A stretch of DNA of 64,000 nucleotides, from positions 320,001-384,000 of the forward strand of contig JBNKBE010000002.1 of NCBI GenBank assembly GCA_050287085.1, given 5' to 3'. A program made the translations under genes and the position numbers. The stretch comes from Polyangiaceae bacterium. GTDB taxonomy: Bacteria > Myxococcota_A > Polyangia > Polyangiales > Polyangiaceae. The notes below the pieces were generated by a model. That model was given only the letters and a program-made list of their open reading frames with translations. It did not search any database and was not told where the DNA came from. This document shows positions 59,500 to 64,000 of the stretch, piece by piece (the first letter of the stretch is position 1; each line of letters begins with the position of its first letter).

Positions 59500-60387
59500 C
59501 TAGAACAACATGACGTCGCCGGTTGCGTAGATTTCGCTGTTGTCGACTTTCACGTGAGCGCGCTGAAAGCTAAACTCCACGTGCAACGTACCTCGACCAT
59601 CAGATACTTCCACGCAGACGCTGGGTTTTCCCGCCGGATAGCTGATGGTCAGCCCGCTACCGGCAAAGATCAACGGCAAGCCCACGCGCAGGTCGGTCAG
59701 GTAGGAGCCGCAATCATTCTTGATTCTGCCAACGATCTGATTGGCAATTTCACCGAGCACCTCCCGCACCAAGGTGCCGGCCCCTTCGCTTTCCTCAAAG
59801 CCTAGGTCTAGGCCCAGGGCGAGCAGATGCTCTTGAGTGCCGCTGACAAGCACGTGTCCGGCCGCGTTATCACCCATGAACGGCAATAGGGCAGTATGCC
59901 CGCTGGGCAGAATACTGTTGAGCTTATACCAGGGGTGTCCCACATCGACGCTTGCCTGGAAGGTGGTTGCCATCACCGCGTTGGAGCCGGATACCAGTGT
60001 CAACGTGAGACTCGGTGGGTACAGATCCTCGGGAATGAGCGGAGCGATGGTCTCCAGCAGTTCGTCTTTTCCGACGGGGCCCGGCAAGAGGGCGTTGGTC
60101 TCCATCATGCCAAAATCCGGCTCTTCCCCGTCCTCGGGCAGTATCCAGACGACAGGGAGATCGGCCGCGTGGGCGCGCAGTTGAGCCAGCGTCTCTGGGC
60201 TGACGTGTGGGTTGCCGCCGTCGACGACAACCAACGAAAGCTTGGTGCGCGAGCAGACGAACGAGATCGCCTCTTCAGGCGTCGCCGTCAGGCTGATCCG
60301 ATACTCATCGCCAAGGAGCTCCTGTCCCACGCTGGCGAGCGGGCTGCTCGGCTCGGCCAGCAGCAGTAAACACTTCTCGGCGCTCAC
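59500..60387 (-). CDS. Degenerate receiver-like domain fused to a CheX-like phosphatase domain
   Basis: AGGAGG ribosome-binding site; SLVVVDG and LPVVWI receiver-like segments; EVLGEIANQIVG (ExxN), VGLPLIF. Confidence 0.7.
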   Translation of the reverse strand: MSAEKCLLLLAEPSSPLASVGQELLGDEYRISLTATPEEAISFVCSRTKLSLVVVDGGNPHVSPETLAQLRAHAADLPVVWILPEDGEEPDFGMMETNALLPGPVGKDELLETIAPLIPEDLYPPSLTLTLVSGSNAVMATTFQASVDVGHPWYKLNSILPSGHTALLPFMGDNAAGHVLVSGTQEHLLALGLDLGFEESEGAGTLVREVLGEIANQIVGRIKNDCGSYLTDLRVGLPLIFAGSGLTISYPAGKPSVCVEVSDGRGTLHVEFSFQRAHVKVDNSEIYATGDVMLF

Positions 60388-60577
60388 TGCTCCTCCTGTC
60401 GCGGCGTTTTCACACCTCTAGTAGCGGCCGCTTGGGGTGGGCTTTTAAGAGTTCTTAGTAGCCAACCCGCGTTCTCGGGGCCCGCCCCTGCCGGCGGCGG
60501 GGTCGAATCCCGATCGGCATAGCTCAGACGGGGCATGGTCGAACCAGGCCCGCCCGCCTCCGGTTGCTCTCGCACCG

Positions 60578-61585
60578 TCAGTCTTGAAGGACGATCTCCA
60601 GTTCGAATGCTTCGCCGTCTGCAGCCGGTGAAGCCTCCTCCTCTGGGGTGCGTTGCGATTGGCGCACCGCGTGCGCAGCAAGCGCCGTCAGTCCGCGCTG
60701 GGCGAGCCGGTAGGGTATCGCGCTGCGATGACAGTGGCCCGCTCCAGCGAGTACAACGAGCTTGCGACGAGTTCCGCCGCGGAGCCATCGCGCACCGATC
60801 TCGGCCATATGGGTATCCCACAGGACCTGCGCGGCATATAGGTGCTCCGGGGACATGCCACCGTGTGAGCCGTTGGGGTGGCTGGGTGAGTTCTTCGGGG
60901 TGCTGGCAGGGTCAGGTGAGGGCGTCAGCGCTACCCCCAGTGCCGCTGCAAAGAACTCACGGTGTGGGCGGTAGCTCAGATCCAGGAAGTCGGCGCCAAG
61001 AGGTGTATCCGCGAGCGCGCCGGGACCGCGGCGGGCGACAGCCTTTACCCACGCCCGCGGCGCATTGAGAGCCACCCAATCCGCTCCGAGGCGCGCGGCG
61101 CTCTGCATCGCCGGCCGGTAATACTGAAAAGAGTAGCCCCACTCGTGTTGCCAATCGGCTTGCGCCAAGAAGTCTTGCTCTGAGATGCGACTCGTGCGGA
61201 AGCGGTCCAACGCTTCTTGCTTGGAGGTGCTCAGCATCTCGAGTCCGAGGCCAAGCTGGTAGCCCTGTTGGCGGAGCAGGTATCCGAGGCGCAGTACCAG
61301 TTGCCACTCGATATACTGGTGCACGGCGCTGCCATGCTGCTCCCCGATACAGACGGCGTCCACTTCTGACAGGGCCCGCAGCAATTGGACTTCGTCCAGA
61401 GGGCGCCCCGCGTGCAGGGCATAATAGGGCGCAGCGCTTCTCGCGATCACGTCCCGCGCGACGGGTGCCGCCGCCGTCTGCGTCTGCTGGGCCGCGGCGC
61501 ACCCGAGCAGGGTGCAGGCCGCAACCACGAGCCGCCACGTTCGAAGGCACGGGCGCAAGCCAGGCTGATCAGTAGCTGCGCTCAC
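60578..61585 (-). CDS. ChaN-family (DUF399-like) lipoprotein
   Basis: Lipobox LLGC, VCIGEQH, LGLEML, W.Y.F.YYRP, ALNAP, AQVLWD..MA, LAGAGH. GTG start with AAGGA inside the upstream gene's 3' end. Confidence 0.82.
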   Translation of the reverse strand: MSAATDQPGLRPCLRTWRLVVAACTLLGCAAAQQTQTAAAPVARDVIARSAAPYYALHAGRPLDEVQLLRALSEVDAVCIGEQHGSAVHQYIEWQLVLRLGYLLRQQGYQLGLGLEMLSTSKQEALDRFRTSRISEQDFLAQADWQHEWGYSFQYYRPAMQSAARLGADWVALNAPRAWVKAVARRGPGALADTPLGADFLDLSYRPHREFFAAALGVALTPSPDPASTPKNSPSHPNGSHGGMSPEHLYAAQVLWDTHMAEIGARWLRGGTRRKLVVLAGAGHCHRSAIPYRLAQRGLTALAAHAVRQSQRTPEEEASPAADGEAFELEIVLQD

Positions 61586-63995
61586 GAAGTTCCTTCGGCA
61601 AAAGAGGGCTCGGTTTTCCGCTGGCAAGTAGCCAGAGCTGGTGTGCGGCGCGCGTGGCTGCGATGTGGAGCAGGTGGCGGGCCTCGTCCTCCGCAGCGTA
61701 GGTAGTCTCGCTAACCTCGACCAATACGACGTAGTCGAACTCGAGTCCTTTGACCTGCCGCACGTCCGTAACGTCGATGCCCGGTTTGAAAGGAAAGTCT
61801 TGCGCTGCGATTCGCCGGATGCGCGGCGTCTCGGCCTTGTCGAGGCCAAGATAGATGAGGTCCGCCTGCTCCGGATAGCGCGCAATTACGGCAACGGACG
61901 CTTGGGGTTCAGCTGAGAATAGCTCCCTCAAGGCCTCGGAGAGGAAAGCGACGGAGTCACCCAAGTCTGCGAAGCGGAATAGTTCTACGGGAGCCCCTTT
62001 ACGGGTTGCTACGGGGGCTTCTTCATCGGAGAGAGGGCCCAGCACCGCGCGAGAAAACTCCACGATTTCGGCCGTAGAGCGATAACTCAACTTGAGCGGT
62101 TCGACCTCGACGTGCGCTAGCCCAAGTTCCTGCAGCGTGTCCTTCCAACCCGTGAATCCGTTGTCCATGTGCAGGCGCTGCGCGACGTCGCCTGCAAGCG
62201 TGACGCTACGCGCTTTGCTGACGCAGCCAAGGATCATTCTCATCTCGAGTGGACTTAGATCCTGGGCTTCGTCTACGAGCACATGTTCGTAGACGAGGGC
62301 TTCGTTGGTTTGGGCCTTCCGAATCGGGCCGCGCAGACGCTGCCACAAGAGCAACAGCAGAGTGTCATCTTCGACATCCAAGGTTGCGGCTTCTTCGCTG
62401 CCGTGGTCGACAGCGTTCTCCTCATCCGACGTCGGCGTGCTTTCGCGCTCGGCTTTCACGTCGTGCTCGTTCAGGATGGCGCTGATCCTGCGTCGGCACC
62501 AACTCAGGGCGCGTTCAAACTCCTTGCCATTCAGAGCATTGGGCCGCGCTGCAAATGCGGAGCGCAGCAGCGCATCGTCGGTCAGTAGGTCGATCCAAGC
62601 ATGCACGAGGTTGTGCGATTTGGCCGTTGCTCGCTGCAGCTCGCGTTCGATGTTGTGCTGCTGACCGCGTGAGAGCTTTGCGCTGTGTCCTTGCGCCCAG
62701 CGCTTGATCGCGGCGATACGGTGGGCAAGGGGGCCCCCGGCGCTTCGTTCCCATTGGGCTTGGAGCTCCGCGCCCGACTCCGGATTATCGCTCACCGCGT
62801 GAGCAAAACGCGCGATGAACCCGTCAGCCAGCTTCTCCACGTAGGCGTCAATTGCGACGAGCAGGGCTGGATGCTTCTTGAATCGCGTCACCACGGCCGG
62901 TGTGTCGGCAGCGTAGTGCTTCGGCAGTCCGGGGATCAGTTGACGCCTTAGCTGCGCCGCCAGGGCCTCGTAGGTTCGAACGGCGACGCCATTTACGTCC
63001 AGTGCTGGCAGTACCTGGGCGATGTAGCGAGCTAGGGCGTCGTTGAAGACCACCACCAGCATCTTGTCAGGTCGGAAGCGTCGACGATCCTGGAATGCGA
63101 GGTATGCCAGGCGATGCAGACCGATGGTGGTCTTGCCGCTGCCAGCTCCGCCCTGGATGACGACCAGACCCGAGTCTGGCTTGGTGATCAGATCAAACTG
63201 CCTCGGGTCGATCAGCGCAGTGATCTCCTTCAGGTGCTTGTCCTCACCCGCATCGAAGCTCATGCCCACGCCGAGTTGTGTCGGCTTTTGGTGATGGCTG
63301 GCGCGAGTTGCGGCCCCTTGTCCGCCGGCAAGTCTGAGATTTCCGCCGCCTGTTTGCCAATGGCCGTTCTCCGGACGTAGCAGCGTTGCTTGTGGGCACA
63401 CAATACGTCGTAGCCGGCGTTCGACGATCGTTACGCTGCGGCGCACCGCGACCTGGCCTTCCACGTCCCGTCCCCCGAACTCCTCTTCGTAGTCCTCGCC
63501 TTCTGCGTAGCGATAATACAGTCGGCTTACCGGGGCGTCTCGCCAGTCGACGATGCGGACCCCAGCGCGGGCATCGAGATAGGTGGAGCGTCCAATAAGG
63601 ACCTCGCGTTGACGCTCTCCTTCACGCAGTACCATTCGGCCGAAGTACGGCGAGCTGGGGTCAATGAAGCCTTGGGTGAGCTCCCGCTGGCGGGCCGCGA
63701 TGCCCTGCAGGCGTTCCATTTGCTCGAGAAGCGGAGGCACGTCTTCGGTGCGGGCTGCGGCAATCTCGTCCCGCAAGCCAAGCAACTGTTGGTCGTAGTC
63801 CACCCGCTTCTCGACGGTCGCGTTGTTCTTCCGTTCATCTGCGTGCAGCAGAATTCGCTGCAGGCAGCGCTCCTCGTCTTGGGCGATGGTTTGCAGCTCG
63901 TCGGACAAGTCCGACGAGGTGGTGGGGGGACTGCCTGGATTCACGCGTGCTGCCTCGCTCGGTCCGTTGTGGAGAGGAACGGAGCGACGTAGCAC
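61569..63995 (-). CDS. HelD-like SF1 (UvrD-family) ATPase
   Basis: SPYFGRM, IVDWRDAPVSRLYY, QGGAGSGKTTIGLHRLAYL, VDEAQD, GDVAQ, SYRS, VKGLEFD, ATRA. Start is at the window edge and uncertain. Confidence 0.82.
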   Translation of the reverse strand: MLRRSVPLHNGPSEAARVNPGSPPTTSSDLSDELQTIAQDEERCLQRILLHADERKNNATVEKRVDYDQQLLGLRDEIAAARTEDVPPLLEQMERLQGIAARQRELTQGFIDPSSPYFGRMVLREGERQREVLIGRSTYLDARAGVRIVDWRDAPVSRLYYRYAEGEDYEEEFGGRDVEGQVAVRRSVTIVERRLRRIVCPQATLLRPENGHWQTGGGNLRLAGGQGAATRASHHQKPTQLGVGMSFDAGEDKHLKEITALIDPRQFDLITKPDSGLVVIQGGAGSGKTTIGLHRLAYLAFQDRRRFRPDKMLVVVFNDALARYIAQVLPALDVNGVAVRTYEALAAQLRRQLIPGLPKHYAADTPAVVTRFKKHPALLVAIDAYVEKLADGFIARFAHAVSDNPESGAELQAQWERSAGGPLAHRIAAIKRWAQGHSAKLSRGQQHNIERELQRATAKSHNLVHAWIDLLTDDALLRSAFAARPNALNGKEFERALSWCRRRISAILNEHDVKAERESTPTSDEENAVDHGSEEAATLDVEDDTLLLLLWQRLRGPIRKAQTNEALVYEHVLVDEAQDLSPLEMRMILGCVSKARSVTLAGDVAQRLHMDNGFTGWKDTLQELGLAHVEVEPLKLSYRSTAEIVEFSRAVLGPLSDEEAPVATRKGAPVELFRFADLGDSVAFLSEALRELFSAEPQASVAVIARYPEQADLIYLGLDKAETPRIRRIAAQDFPFKPGIDVTDVRQVKGLEFDYVVLVEVSETTYAAEDEARHLLHIAATRAAHQLWLLASGKPSPLLPKELRERSY

Positions 63996-64000
63996 CTTTC

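Overview
GC-rich bacterial chromosomal segment, most likely a myxobacterium of the Polyangiales/Sorangiineae type (inferred from a MYXO-CTERM-like matrixin, a Ser/Thr kinase with a TPR/PEGA partner, and Cys-rich secreted lipoproteins). It is mostly core genome: pilT-family 3' end, bioB, glnD, parAB, tig-clpP-clpX-lon, tRNA-Val(TAC), tRNA-Asp(GTC), a menG-F-D-H-A-C-E menaquinone cluster, a UvrD/Rep helicase, miaB and a HelD-like helicase. I saw no integrase, transposase, prophage or CRISPR array. Most interesting: (1) an Rrf2(CymR-like)-ThiF/E1-Ubl(GG)-mini-ThiF-JAB(-UvrD) operon whose E1 looks split into a catalytic subunit lacking the N-terminal RYxRQ arginine-finger segment and a small non-catalytic subunit that keeps it, resembling eukaryotic heterodimeric E1s; (2) a divergent trhP(U32)/cmoA-cmoB tRNA cmo5U cassette, with an extra CCxxGCxxC tail on TrhP; (3) a multicopper oxidase fused to a cytochrome P460-like CxxCH domain behind a sigma54-like promoter; (4) repeated leaderless-mRNA signatures. 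All calls come from recognising motifs by eye; no database searches were run, and many start codons are best estimates.
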